DNA from: an uncultured Oscillospiraceae bacterium
GTDB lineage: Bacteria > Bacillota > Clostridia > Oscillospirales > Acutalibacteraceae
Assembly: GCA_900544515.1 (NCBI GenBank)
Contig: UQVI01000001.1
Location: 1 to 44,827 of the forward strand
Length of the DNA: 44,827 nt
Direction of reading: 5' to 3'
How positions within the stretch are numbered: the first letter of the stretch is position 1; the number at the start of each line of letters is the position of its first letter. Below, in pieces: positions 11,367 through 20,834 of the stretch. The notes under the pieces are model-generated. The model did no database searches. It worked only from the letters and a program-made list of their open reading frames with translations, and had not been told where the DNA came from. The position numbers and the translations under genes were made by a program.

Positions 11367-12723
11367 AATGTGATTTATCAATTGACCTGAAGCGTGTAAA
11401 CTCCTTATCAAAGGTCATTTCAATTGATCCGGTCGCACCGTGACGATTCTTTGCCACAATCAGCTCAGTTTTATTGGCGTCAATATCATCCTGCTTATCC
11501 TCAGCCACATCATTTCTGTAATAATCCTCACGATAAAGGAAAAGAACGATATCAGCATCCTGCTCGATTGAGCCTGATTCACGTAAATCCGCAAGCTGCG
11601 GCTTATGGTTTTTGCCATGACCCTCAGTACCACGAGAAAGCTGGGCACAGCAAATAACAGGAATATTCAGATCCTTTGCCATCATTTTAAGCTGTCTTGT
11701 GATTTCGGAAACCTCCTGAACACGGTTTTCCTTCTTAGATGCTGATGAAATAAGACCGAGATAGTCAATAATAATAGCATCTACATTTTTCATTCTTCTT
11801 ATACGTGATTTAATTTCAGGAACAGTAATTGACGATGTATCATCAAGATAAAGCTCAACATCGTTAAACTGTCCGGCAGCATTACCAAGTCTTACCCATT
11901 CATCGTTGGTGAGCTCGCCTGTTTTCAGCTTCTGAGACTCAACACCTGCCTGCGCTGAAAGCAATCTTTCAGCCAGCTGTTCCTTTGTCATCTCAAGACT
12001 GAACACAATGCATTTTTTTCTCGCACCCATTGATATATTCTGTGCAAGGTTCAGAGCAAAACTGGTTTTACCCATAGCAGGACGTGCACCGATAAGAATA
12101 AGATCTGATTTATTAAGACCTGTAAGATATTTATCAAGCATACCAAAGCCTGACGGAATACCTTTGTACTTCTCTTTATCCTCACCTGTAATCTGAGCAA
12201 GCTTATTATATACATCGTTTACAATAACTTCGCTTATCTTGGTAGGTCCGTTTTTCTCCTTGCCCTGACGAACATTATAAATCAGCTGCTCGGCATTATC
12301 AAGGATAACGGAAGCCTCAGCCTCACCGCTTGAGGCCTGTCCGATAATTTCATTTGATATATCAATAAGCGTACGCAGATAATATTGTTCTTTGACAATC
12401 TTTATATATTCACTGATGTTTACTGCTGACGGAACTGCCTGCTGGAGCTGTAAGAGATATTCTCTTCCGCCTGAAGTATCATACTGACCTGTTTTAGTAA
12501 GCGTATCAACGATAATTACAGGATCAATTGCTCTTGACTTTGAATACATAAGCATCATTGCACTGAATATTGCACGATGCTGAGGAAAATAGAAATAATC
12601 CGCATTAATCTCAGCAACGCATTCTTCCATACAATCTGCATCAATCAGCACACAGCCGAGAATAGACTGCTCTGCATCATAATTAACAGGCATTGTACCT
12701 GATGCCAAATTCATTTCAGCCAT
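11359..12723 (-). CDS. dnaB: Replicative DNA helicase
   Basis: AEQSILG, GARPAMGKT, SLEM, IDYLGL, QLSR, DLRESGSIEQDAD, AKNRHG. Confidence 0.98.
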   Translation of the reverse strand: MAEMNLASGTMPVNYDAEQSILGCVLIDADCMEECVAEINADYFYFPQHRAIFSAMMLMYSKSRAIDPVIIVDTLTKTGQYDTSGGREYLLQLQQAVPSAVNISEYIKIVKEQYYLRTLIDISNEIIGQASSGEAEASVILDNAEQLIYNVRQGKEKNGPTKISEVIVNDVYNKLAQITGEDKEKYKGIPSGFGMLDKYLTGLNKSDLILIGARPAMGKTSFALNLAQNISMGARKKCIVFSLEMTKEQLAERLLSAQAGVESQKLKTGELTNDEWVRLGNAAGQFNDVELYLDDTSSITVPEIKSRIRRMKNVDAIIIDYLGLISSASKKENRVQEVSEITRQLKMMAKDLNIPVICCAQLSRGTEGHGKNHKPQLADLRESGSIEQDADIVLFLYREDYYRNDVAEDKQDDIDANKTELIVAKNRHGATGSIEMTFDKEFTRFRSIDKSHYE

Positions 12724-12780
12724 AGCTTATGTTAACAGAAAACCAAAAGATTTCTGTATTTCCTTTCATAAAATATAGGC

Positions 12781-13224
12781 TTAAGCCTCTGACACCTGAA
12801 CAAATACCTTTGCACTGATGCCCTGATATACTTTAATTTCAGCCTCAACTGTTCCGAAAGCCTTCATATCTTCCATGACAATTTTACGCTTATCAACATC
12901 AATATTCAAATCGGTTTTAATCTTAGCTGCAACATCCTTTGATGTAACGGATCCAAACAGCTTGCCGTTTGCACCTGCTTTTGCTTTTAGTGAAAAGGTC
13001 TTTCCTGAAAGCTTATCGGCAATCTGCTGTGCTGCCTTTATTTCCTCAGCCTTGTGGAATTTTTTAGCAGATTCTTTATTATTAAATTCATTCATAGCAG
13101 AAGCATTCGCCTCAATAGCCAAGCCTTTGGGGAAAAGGAAATTTCTTGCATATCCGTCTGAAGCATTTACAAGATCACCCTTTTTACCAAGACTTTTAAC
13201 ATCCTGTTTCAGAATTACTTTCAT
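12781..13224 (-). CDS. rplI: 50S ribosomal protein L9
   Basis: [33 protein letters not shown]. Confidence 0.99.
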   Translation of the reverse strand: MKVILKQDVKSLGKKGDLVNASDGYARNFLFPKGLAIEANASAMNEFNNKESAKKFHKAEEIKAAQQIADKLSGKTFSLKAKAGANGKLFGSVTSKDVAAKIKTDLNIDVDKRKIVMEDMKAFGTVEAEIKVYQGISAKVFVQVSEA

Positions 13225-13245
13225 CGTGTTATCCTCCTCTTAATT

Positions 13246-15021
13246 TTATATTTCCATAAAAATAGGCAGTATCATCGGACTGCGCTTTGTTTTTTCATAC
13301 ATCATTCTTGACAGCTCATCACGCAATCTCGTTTTAACTGAATTCCAGTCGTGAAATCTATTATCATAACATTCATCTATTACACGGCACGCAAGATCCC
13401 TTGCACTGTTCATAAGAGCCTCATTTTCTCTCACATAAACAAAGCCTCTTGAAACAATATCAGGGCCGCTGACAATATAACCGCTGCTGCTGTCAATTGT
13501 AGCTACAACAATGATAATACCATCCTTTGACAAATGCTTTCTGTCATTAAGAACGATATTGCCGACATCACCTACACCGATACCGTCAACATAAACAGCA
13601 CCTGCTGTTACCGTGTTAAGATATTTAATGCCATCATCGGAAAGCTCAATCCTGTCACCGATATTGCCGATATAAATATTTTTTTCATCAATGCCCATTG
13701 CTGTACCGAGTGAAGCGTGTCTCTGAAGATGCTTCTGCTCACCGTGAACAGGAAGAAAATATTTTGGCTTTACAAGACCCATCATAAGCTTAAGCTCTTC
13801 CTGACAGGCATGACCTGAAACATGGACATCATACATTCTTTCATATATAACCTCCACACCGCGTTTCATAAGTTCATTGACAACATTGCCGACCATTTTT
13901 TCATTGCCGGGAATCGGTGTTGCAGATATGATTACGTAATCATTCGGTGTAAGGCTGACCTTACGATGCTCTCCGAATGCCATTTTTGTAAGTGCTGACA
14001 TTGGCTCGCCCTGAGAGCCTGTTGTGATTATTACAAGCTTATCATCAGGATAATTTCTGATAAGATTAATATCAATCAGCAAACCCTGAGGAACATTAAG
14101 ATAACCAAGCTCACTGCCGACATTTACAAGGTTTTCAAGGCTTCTGCCTATCACTGCAACTTTTCTGCCGCGAGACTGAGCAACATCAATAATCTGCTGA
14201 ACCCTATGAATATTTGAAGCAAAGGTAGCAACAACAATTCTCTTGTTTTTCGCTTTCCTGAACAGCAGTTCAAATGATTCACCGACCAATTTTTCACTCA
14301 TTGTATATCCGGGACGTTCTGCATTAGTAGAGTCGGAAAGAAGTGCAAGTACACCCTTTTTTCCATATTCCGCAAATCTCGGAAGATCAATCATATCGCC
14401 GTCAACAGGTGTTGTGTCAATTTTAAAGTCACCCGTCTGAATAATAACACCGGCAGGACAGCGAATAGCAAGACCCACTGCATCAGGGATAGAATGATTT
14501 ACATGTATCATTTCAATATTAAAGCTGCCGAGTGTAATATTGTCTCTCGCCTTAATCTCCACAAGTTTTACGGAATGCACAAGATTATGCTCCTCGAGCT
14601 TGCCTCTGATAAGACCTATTGTAAGTTTCGTTGCATAAATCGGAATATTAACCTTTTTCAAAAGATACGCAAGACCGCCTATATGGTCCTCGTGTCCGTG
14701 CGTAATTATAACACCCCTGATTTTTGAAGCATTATGTTCAACATAAGAAAAATCCGGTATTACGATATCAACACCAGGTAAATCAGAATCAGGAAAAGCA
14801 AGACCGCAGTCAACGATAAACATATCATCACCGTATTCATAAACGGTCATATTCTTTCCTATTTCATTCATACCGCCGAGAAAAGCAATACGAACAGACT
14901 CCTTAGTCTTCGGTGGCTGAAGAGTTTTTCTGTTTGAGGCTTTGCGGTAAGTTACATAACGCTTTTTGGAATTCCGTTTTCCATATGCGTTCTTACTGCC
15001 CTGCCTATTTTGATTTGTCAT
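13246..15021 (-). CDS. rnj: Ribonuclease J (beta-CASP metallo-beta-lactamase fold)
   Basis: LGGMNEIGKNM, THGHEDHIG, NHSIPD, TGSQGEPM, HVSGHA, PVHGE. Confidence 0.96.
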   Translation of the reverse strand: MTNQNRQGSKNAYGKRNSKKRYVTYRKASNRKTLQPPKTKESVRIAFLGGMNEIGKNMTVYEYGDDMFIVDCGLAFPDSDLPGVDIVIPDFSYVEHNASKIRGVIITHGHEDHIGGLAYLLKKVNIPIYATKLTIGLIRGKLEEHNLVHSVKLVEIKARDNITLGSFNIEMIHVNHSIPDAVGLAIRCPAGVIIQTGDFKIDTTPVDGDMIDLPRFAEYGKKGVLALLSDSTNAERPGYTMSEKLVGESFELLFRKAKNKRIVVATFASNIHRVQQIIDVAQSRGRKVAVIGRSLENLVNVGSELGYLNVPQGLLIDINLIRNYPDDKLVIITTGSQGEPMSALTKMAFGEHRKVSLTPNDYVIISATPIPGNEKMVGNVVNELMKRGVEVIYERMYDVHVSGHACQEELKLMMGLVKPKYFLPVHGEQKHLQRHASLGTAMGIDEKNIYIGNIGDRIELSDDGIKYLNTVTAGAVYVDGIGVGDVGNIVLNDRKHLSKDGIIIVVATIDSSSGYIVSGPDIVSRGFVYVRENEALMNSARDLACRVIDECYDNRFHDWNSVKTRLRDELSRMMYEKTKRSPMILPIFMEI

Positions 15022-15073
15022 TTAATAACCTCCATAAAAAATAAATTTTTTCCGTACATATTAATTATATCAT

Positions 15074-15165
15074 ATAATAAGGCATAATCTCCCACTTGTC
15101 AAGTAAGCAACCTGAATAGCTTTATTACGTCACATATTGATTATTACCAATTTTAGTGGTAAAAT
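15074..15165. promoter_or_regulatory. Divergent sigma-A promoters for the rnj operon (-) and rnhA (+)
   Basis: Minus: TTGACA(15102-15097)-17-TATTAT; plus: TTGATT(15137)-17-TAAAAT(15160) with extended TG. Confidence 0.6.
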
Positions 15166-15205
15166 ATGTTTAATTTCTAAAAAATAAAATTTAAAGGAAA
15201 GTAAT

Positions 15206-15640
15206 ATGAAAGAAATAAATATCTACACAGACGGTGCCTGCAGCGGCAATCCCGGAAAGGGCGGCTGGGGTGCTGTACTTGTATATAAGGGAAATGAAAA
15301 AGAAATATCAGGTGGAAGTGCTGATACCACCAATAACAGAATGGAGCTCACTGCCGTCATTGAAGCATTAAAACAGTTAAAAGAAGTGTGTAATGTAACA
15401 CTTACTACAGATTCAAAATACGTCTGCGACGCCGTTACAAAGGGCTGGGTCTACTCCTGGAAGAAAAACGGCTGGAAAAAAGCAGATAAAAAGCCTGCGC
15501 TTAATGTTGATTTATGGGAGGAGCTTCTTCCCCTGCTTGAAAAGCACAATGTCACATTCAATTGGGTAAAGGGGCACAATGGTCACCCATACAACGAACG
15601 ATGTGACAGGCTTGCCGTAAGCTTTTATCAAAATATGTAA
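15206..15640 (+). CDS. rnhA: Ribonuclease HI
   Basis: [37 protein letters not shown]. Confidence 0.97.
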   Translation: MKEINIYTDGACSGNPGKGGWGAVLVYKGNEKEISGGSADTTNNRMELTAVIEALKQLKEVCNVTLTTDSKYVCDAVTKGWVYSWKKNGWKKADKKPALNVDLWEELLPLLEKHNVTFNWVKGHNGHPYNERCDRLAVSFYQNM

Positions 15641-16444
15641 TCAAATGGATTCCTTATCAATAAAACCAATACCGATACCAAGCTTACCGCCGTTCAGAAG
15701 ATGCTTCTTCGCATTTTTCTGAAGGGTGGTATTTTCTTTATATTTTTTCTTATTTATATGTCTTTTACCGAAAATTCTTTCAATCGCCTGACTGTCAGCG
15801 TCAATAGAATATGCAATGTGAAACAGAGAGGAAAAGAGAAGTATATTGCTTTGAGGCATCATAAACTTCTGATTATCTCCGTATAACAGCCAGCTCTCAC
15901 AAAAGAAAAATCTGTACTTATAATCAGGGAAATACTTTTCAAAAAATTCTTTTGCACATTTAAGCGACTGAACACAATCGGAATACGCCAGCCTTTTACC
16001 CTGCGGTATATGAACATAGATAACCTTTTCACCGTAATCAAAGGGCAGCAAATCATATTTGAGCAGTTTATTTTTAATTGTAACAAACTGATATTGAAGC
16101 CGACCGATTTTAAAAAGCTCAAAGGATATATGATTTTTTATCCAATTATAATTCTTCAGACCTTTATTGCCGTTATTTTCACACCAGATGCGGATATCGT
16201 CAACAGTGTCTGAAAATATTTTTTCATCAATCGAGTATTGCTTGAATTTTTCAAAGGTATATCCTAAACATTCAATCATAACTGCAAGACGTGTCAAATC
16301 ACTTTTCAAAGCGAGTGACGAAAAATTACCGTTCTTACATTTATCGGCAAGCAGCATAATATTGACCCTGTCCTTATGGGCAAGGTCAATTACTTTTTGT
16401 TTTAAATTTTCATCAAGATTAATATAATGAATTAAGTCAAGCAT
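15641..16444 (-). CDS. Putative acyltransferase (DUF5596 / GNAT-like C-terminal domain family)
   Basis: IGRLQY, VHIP, CESWLL and TTLQK motifs typical of this family. Confidence 0.65.
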   Translation of the reverse strand: MLDLIHYINLDENLKQKVIDLAHKDRVNIMLLADKCKNGNFSSLALKSDLTRLAVMIECLGYTFEKFKQYSIDEKIFSDTVDDIRIWCENNGNKGLKNYNWIKNHISFELFKIGRLQYQFVTIKNKLLKYDLLPFDYGEKVIYVHIPQGKRLAYSDCVQSLKCAKEFFEKYFPDYKYRFFFCESWLLYGDNQKFMMPQSNILLFSSLFHIAYSIDADSQAIERIFGKRHINKKKYKENTTLQKNAKKHLLNGGKLGIGIGFIDKESI

Positions 16445-17109
16445 TATTGATTTCCTGTCTGTTTTTCTGTGGCAGCAGATGAAGTAGGTTTATTGTCACT
16501 CTGATTTTCAGTCTTTTTAGCTGCAGATGTAGTTGTGCTCATTTTTTCATACTCAGCTATGAGTCCTGAAGAAACAATATGCTTAATCTCATAATCTATA
16601 GAATACTGACTGAGCAGAGAAAGAACATCAAAATTAAGAAAATTGCTGTCTGCATTTTCATCCTGAACAACAAACTTTGTGCCTTTTTCAAGATATTTAA
16701 TTTCCTTTTCAAGCCCTCTCAAGCCGTCTACCTCAGTTCCCTCAAAGAAAATATAAGTACCCTTAACGGTTATAATTCCTTCAAACTCATTAACCTGCTG
16801 TGTCGTATAGGACTTTTTGGTTGTGGCAGTCGTTTCAGGCTTGCCAATCGGAATGACATCATTATATACAAGCACGCAGATTACTGCTGCAGCAATTGCT
16901 GCAAGAGCAAGAATAACATAGGGCGCTTTACTCTTCTTTTTCTTCTTTTTAAAACGATGACGCTCAAGAGTAGGCGTATCTGCTGATTCCTCATCAGTAT
17001 GCGTAGCACTCATTGTAACTTCATTGGCTGTTTCCTGAAATGATGCATCATCTTTTTTATGTACAACAAGAGGACTGTCAAGGACATCCTTTTTCATTTC
17101 TTCTTCCAT
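16444..17109 (-). CDS. Hypothetical single-pass membrane protein
   Basis: Poly-Lys run followed by one TM helix and Thr/Ser-rich linkers; start moved to ATG 17109 behind GAGGT. Confidence 0.7.
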   Translation of the reverse strand: MEEEMKKDVLDSPLVVHKKDDASFQETANEVTMSATHTDEESADTPTLERHRFKKKKKKSKAPYVILALAAIAAAVICVLVYNDVIPIGKPETTATTKKSYTTQQVNEFEGIITVKGTYIFFEGTEVDGLRGLEKEIKYLEKGTKFVVQDENADSNFLNFDVLSLLSQYSIDYEIKHIVSSGLIAEYEKMSTTTSAAKKTENQSDNKPTSSAATEKQTGNQ

Positions 17110-17139
17110 AAAACTATACCTCAAATAATTATTAACATA

Positions 17140-17203
17140 ATTCTAACACAAACAATAACATTTTTCAATAAGTATTGAATTTCCAATATAAAATTGATAT
17201 AAT
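17140..17203. promoter_or_regulatory. Back-to-back sigma-A promoters
   Basis: Minus: TTGAAA-17-TAGAAT (17168-17140); plus: TTGAAT-17-TATAAT (17175-17203) with extended TG. Confidence 0.6.
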
Positions 17204-17237
17204 AATTTTATAATTGTTTTTTTACCGGAGGTAAATC

Positions 17238-18131
17238 ATGAGAATACTTACATTTGACATTGGCGGAACAAATATTAAATATGCATTATGCAATGAAAAA
17301 TTTGTTCTCAGCGACAAGCATACTATCCCTACAGAAGCACAGAAGGGCGGTCAGGAGCTTGTATTGAAAATCCTATCCATAATCGAACAATATGATAATA
17401 TTGACAGAATAGGTATCTCAACTGCCGGTCAGGTTGACAGTGAAAACGGTATTGTTGTTTATTCAACAGATAACATACCTTATTACACAGGAATGATGGT
17501 AAAAAAAATAATCGAAAACAAAACTGGCATACCGACATTTGTTGAAAATGACGTAAACGCCTTTGCTATGGGTGAAGCAAGATTCGGAGCTGCTAAGGGA
17601 AAATCCGATTTTATGGCACTGACTTACGGAACAGGAATCGGAGGTGCACTATTCCTTGACAACAAACTTTATAAAGGAATGGGATCATCAGCCGGTGAAT
17701 TCGGACATATGATTACTCACGCAGGCGGAAAGCAGTGCACCTGCAAAGGTGAAGGCTGTTATGAATGCTATGCATCAACAAGAGCTTTGCTTGAAAGTGT
17801 AAATAAAAGGAACTCCACAAATCTTAACGCCTTCGAAATATTTGAAAAGGAAAACTTTACCAAGCCTGAAATCCGTTCCGTTATCGACCAGTGGATTGAT
17901 GAAATGATTATCGGCTTAATAAATATTATCTATATTTTCAATCCGCCTCTCATCGTTCTTGGCGGTGGTATTATGAACGAGGATTATGTTATAGATTTAA
18001 TTGACAGAAAAATTTATAACCTGATTATGGAAAATTTTAGAGATGTGAACATTGTGCGCTCGAAACTCGGCAGTGATGCCGCTTTGCTCGGCGTTGCATC
18101 GGAAGCATCAAAGCTTGAACATATCGGATAA
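17238..18131 (+). CDS. ROK-family sugar kinase
   Basis: FDIGGTNIK, ENDVN, GTGIGG, GEFGH, CTCKGEGCYE; no HTH. Confidence 0.92.
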   Translation: MRILTFDIGGTNIKYALCNEKFVLSDKHTIPTEAQKGGQELVLKILSIIEQYDNIDRIGISTAGQVDSENGIVVYSTDNIPYYTGMMVKKIIENKTGIPTFVENDVNAFAMGEARFGAAKGKSDFMALTYGTGIGGALFLDNKLYKGMGSSAGEFGHMITHAGGKQCTCKGEGCYECYASTRALLESVNKRNSTNLNAFEIFEKENFTKPEIRSVIDQWIDEMIIGLINIIYIFNPPLIVLGGGIMNEDYVIDLIDRKIYNLIMENFRDVNIVRSKLGSDAALLGVASEASKLEHIG

Positions 18132-18148
18132 ATATAAATGTATATGAT

Positions 18149-18192
18149 AAAGGAGACGATACGGTTTTATGCCCTATCGTCTCCTTTCAATT
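18149..18192 (+). terminator. Intrinsic terminator after the ROK gene
   Basis: 13-bp stem AAAGGAGACGATA/TATCGTCTCCTTT. Confidence 0.7.
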
Positions 18193-18198
18193 TACACT

Positions 18199-18478
18199 TT
18201 AGGCAATAGAGAGTAATCCGAACTCTGGTATAAATTGTCCTATTTGCCCTTATTCTGTGTTAAAAATACTCGGAATACAAAAAGTATTCCTGCGTTTTTG
18301 TGCCTTGATTAAGAACAAATAGGCACAATTTAAACTCGCAGACCCAAAATGTTTGAAGTAAAGATGAATTTTGATTTTTGAGATGGCAGCCTTGCTGACG
18401 CAAGGCAACAGCGAAAACTTCATAAATTCGCTTTAATTCTGCATTTTGGGCAGGTTTAGATTTCTCTCTATTGCCTAA
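18199..18478. repeat. 280-bp structured palindromic element A (outer inverted repeat plus two long hairpin arms); MITE-like or ncRNA
   Basis: Perfect 15-bp IR TTAGGCAATAGAGAG (18199-18213/18464-18478) extending imperfectly inward; arm 1 18231-18332, arm 2 18343-18450. Confidence 0.8.
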
Positions 18479-18499
18479 TGACTGAGAGGGGTAAACATT

Positions 18500-19762
18500 A
18501 TGTCAACTAAAACAAAAACAAAAAAAACACCAAAGCAGCGTTTTAAGATTTTTCTTAAGGTACTGCTTATTATCATTCTGGTTATCGCACTGCTTTGCGG
18601 TATTCTTGCATCTGTTTCAGCGGTTGGTCTGAAATCAAACAGTAATTTCATTGAGACCATTGAGACAGTCAGCTTTGACAATCAGCTTGAGCCGGTGCTG
18701 GATGATAACGGCTGTTATACCTTTACAACAGATGATCATTTTAAAGTGATTCAATTGACTGACGTACATATCGGTGGCGGATTCCTCAGTATAAAAAAGG
18801 ACTCAATGGCAATCAATGCCGTTGCAGCAATGATTACTGCAGAAAAGCCCGACCTTGTTGTTATCACAGGCGATATTGCATATCCTGTTCCATTCCAGGC
18901 AGGTACATTTAACAATAAAACAAGTGCAGAGCTTTTTGCTCAGCTTATGGAAAAGCTTGGTGTTTACTGGGTTCCTGTTTTCGGTAACCACGATACGGAG
19001 GCGTATTCCTATTATTCACGTGAAAAGATTTCAGAATTCTATTCACAGGAAAAGTTTTCTCACTGCCTGTTCCAGGCCGGTCCGGAAGATGTGGATGGTT
19101 ATGGTAACTCAATCATTAATGTGAAGAACACAAAGGGTGAAATTACCCAGAGCCTTGTTATGCTGGATTCCCATTCCTATGTTGATAATGATTATTTCGG
19201 AATTATGTGGAAGTATGATACCATTCATGAAAGTCAGGTGAAATGGTATGAAGATTCCCTCAATAAAATCAAGGCTGAGAACAATGATGTTATGCCGAAA
19301 TCACTTGCATTTTTCCATATTGCAATTCCTGAATACAAAACAGCTTGGGACGAATATAGGGCAAATGATTTTAACGATACAGAAAACGTAAAATATATCT
19401 ATGGTAAAGCTGGTGAAAAGGATTACTCTGTTTACACAAGTGAGTATAATTATGGCTTCTTCGATAAGGTTAAGGAGCTTGGCTCAACACAGGGTATGTT
19501 CTGCGGTCACGACCATCTGAACAATTTTTCAATTGATTATAAGGGTGTTCGCCTGACTTATGGCTATTCCATTGACTACCTTGCATATACCGGAATCATG
19601 AAGTTCGGCTTGCAGAGAGGCTGTACCGTAATTGACATTGCACCTGACGGCAGCTTTGAGTCACACCTTGAAAACTATTATCAGGATAAGTATCAGGCTG
19701 CAAAGGAAAAGGAGCAGGTTGATTTAGTAGGCAATTATCACAGCGAGCTTGATAATCAGTAA
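18500..19762 (+). CDS. Membrane-anchored calcineurin-like metallophosphoesterase (DCR2-like)
   Basis: N-terminal TM; TDVH, TGD, FGNHD, FFHI, CGHDHLN. Confidence 0.88.
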   Translation: MSTKTKTKKTPKQRFKIFLKVLLIIILVIALLCGILASVSAVGLKSNSNFIETIETVSFDNQLEPVLDDNGCYTFTTDDHFKVIQLTDVHIGGGFLSIKKDSMAINAVAAMITAEKPDLVVITGDIAYPVPFQAGTFNNKTSAELFAQLMEKLGVYWVPVFGNHDTEAYSYYSREKISEFYSQEKFSHCLFQAGPEDVDGYGNSIINVKNTKGEITQSLVMLDSHSYVDNDYFGIMWKYDTIHESQVKWYEDSLNKIKAENNDVMPKSLAFFHIAIPEYKTAWDEYRANDFNDTENVKYIYGKAGEKDYSVYTSEYNYGFFDKVKELGSTQGMFCGHDHLNNFSIDYKGVRLTYGYSIDYLAYTGIMKFGLQRGCTVIDIAPDGSFESHLENYYQDKYQAAKEKEQVDLVGNYHSELDNQ

Positions 19763-19769
19763 AAAACAG

Positions 19770-19797
19770 TTGACAAATCACACAAGAGGAATATAAT
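19770..19797 (+). promoter_or_regulatory. Sigma-A promoter of the FMN riboswitch-ribU transcript
   Basis: TTGACA-16bp-TATAAT. Confidence 0.8.
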
Positions 19798-19826
19798 AGT
19801 TATTGCAGACGATAGTCTGACTAAAA

Positions 19827-19943
19827 TATTTTCAGGGCGAGGTGTAATTCCTCACCGGCGGTTACAGTCCGCGACCCATAGCAATATGGCTGAATCGGTG
19901 AAATTCCGATACCGACGGTTAAAGTCCGGATGAGAGAAAATGT
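19827..19943 (+). ncRNA. FMN riboswitch (RFN element)
   Basis: TTCAGGGCGAGGTGTAATTCCTCACCGGCGGT...AGTCCGCGAC...CGGTGAAATTCCGATACCGACGGTTAAAGTCCGGATGAGAGAA consensus. Confidence 0.97.
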
Positions 19944-20003
19944 TTGGCTGATGTTTTATATTTGTATATATTTATAAATTCAGCCTGTGGTCAAAGCATT
20001 TAC

Positions 20004-20038
20004 GCCCTGACGTTTTTCGCGTCAGGGCTTCTCTTTTT
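20004..20038 (+). terminator. FMN riboswitch-controlled terminator
   Basis: GCCCTGACG/CGTCAGGGC stem followed by TTCTCTTTTT; its 5' arm can alternatively pair with aptamer TCAGGGC. Confidence 0.8.
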
Positions 20039-20059
20039 GCCCAATTAAAAGGAGAAAAA

Positions 20060-20716
20060 ATGAAAAACAAAACAAACAGCAAAACAAAAATTCTGACCCT
20101 GACTGCAATGTTCTGTGCATTGGCATTTGCAATGACGGCAGTTATAAGGGTGCCTGTGGTACTGTTCCTTAAATACGACCCTAAGGATATTATCATAGCA
20201 CTGAGCGGCTTTATTCTCGGTCCGCTTTCTGCAGTTGTAGTCAGTGTTATAACGTCCGTAATTGAAATGGTTACCATAAGTGATACAGGTCCTATCGGAT
20301 GCATAATGAACATCATCTCAAGCTGCTCATTTGCTTTCACTGCTGCTCTTATTTATAAAAAGAAAAAAACACTTTCAGGTGCAGCAATCGGCTTGATTGC
20401 GGGCTGTATTGTTCAGGTTGTGATAATGCTTCTTTGGAATTACTGTATTACACCCCTTTATATGGGTTATCCGAGAGAGGCGGTTGCCGAATTGCTCTTG
20501 CCTGCATTTCTACCGTTTAATTTAATTAAAAGTTGTCTTAATGCGGCTTTTGCATTCTTGTTATACAAGCCGATTGTCGGTGCACTGCGCAAAACACATC
20601 TGATTCCTGAAAGCACATCAGAAAAAGCAAAGGCGAATATTCCTATGATTATTATTTCTGCCCTTGTGATTATCACCTGTGTTTTGGTTATTCTTTCAAT
20701 GAATGAAATTATATAA
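20060..20716 (+). CDS. ribU: ECF transporter S component, riboflavin
   Basis: FLKYDPKD, GFILGP, TPLYMG, PFNLIK; multi-TM; downstream of an FMN riboswitch. Confidence 0.9.
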   Translation: MKNKTNSKTKILTLTAMFCALAFAMTAVIRVPVVLFLKYDPKDIIIALSGFILGPLSAVVVSVITSVIEMVTISDTGPIGCIMNIISSCSFAFTAALIYKKKKTLSGAAIGLIAGCIVQVVIMLLWNYCITPLYMGYPREAVAELLLPAFLPFNLIKSCLNAAFAFLLYKPIVGALRKTHLIPESTSEKAKANIPMIIISALVIITCVLVILSMNEII

Positions 20717-20744
20717 CCGAATTAAGGATGAAGTTTCAGAATAG

Positions 20745-20810
20745 TTGACACTTTTGGTATAATGGTTTAAAATAGCTGATATAGCAATATTTGTTATATC
20801 GGCTATTTTT
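20745..20810 (+). promoter_or_regulatory. Sigma-A-like promoter overlapping a long hairpin (probable ribU terminator)
   Basis: TTGACA-17-TAAAAT (20745-20773); hairpin AAAATAGCTGATATAGCAA/TTGTTATATCGGCTATTTT. Confidence 0.55.
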
Positions 20811-20834
20811 GTATATAAATTAGGATGTGAAAAA

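Noticed and set aside
18199..18478. Element A or B as a CRISPR array or known riboswitch
   Set aside because: No direct repeat-spacer periodicity, no cas genes, and no aptamer consensus I recognise
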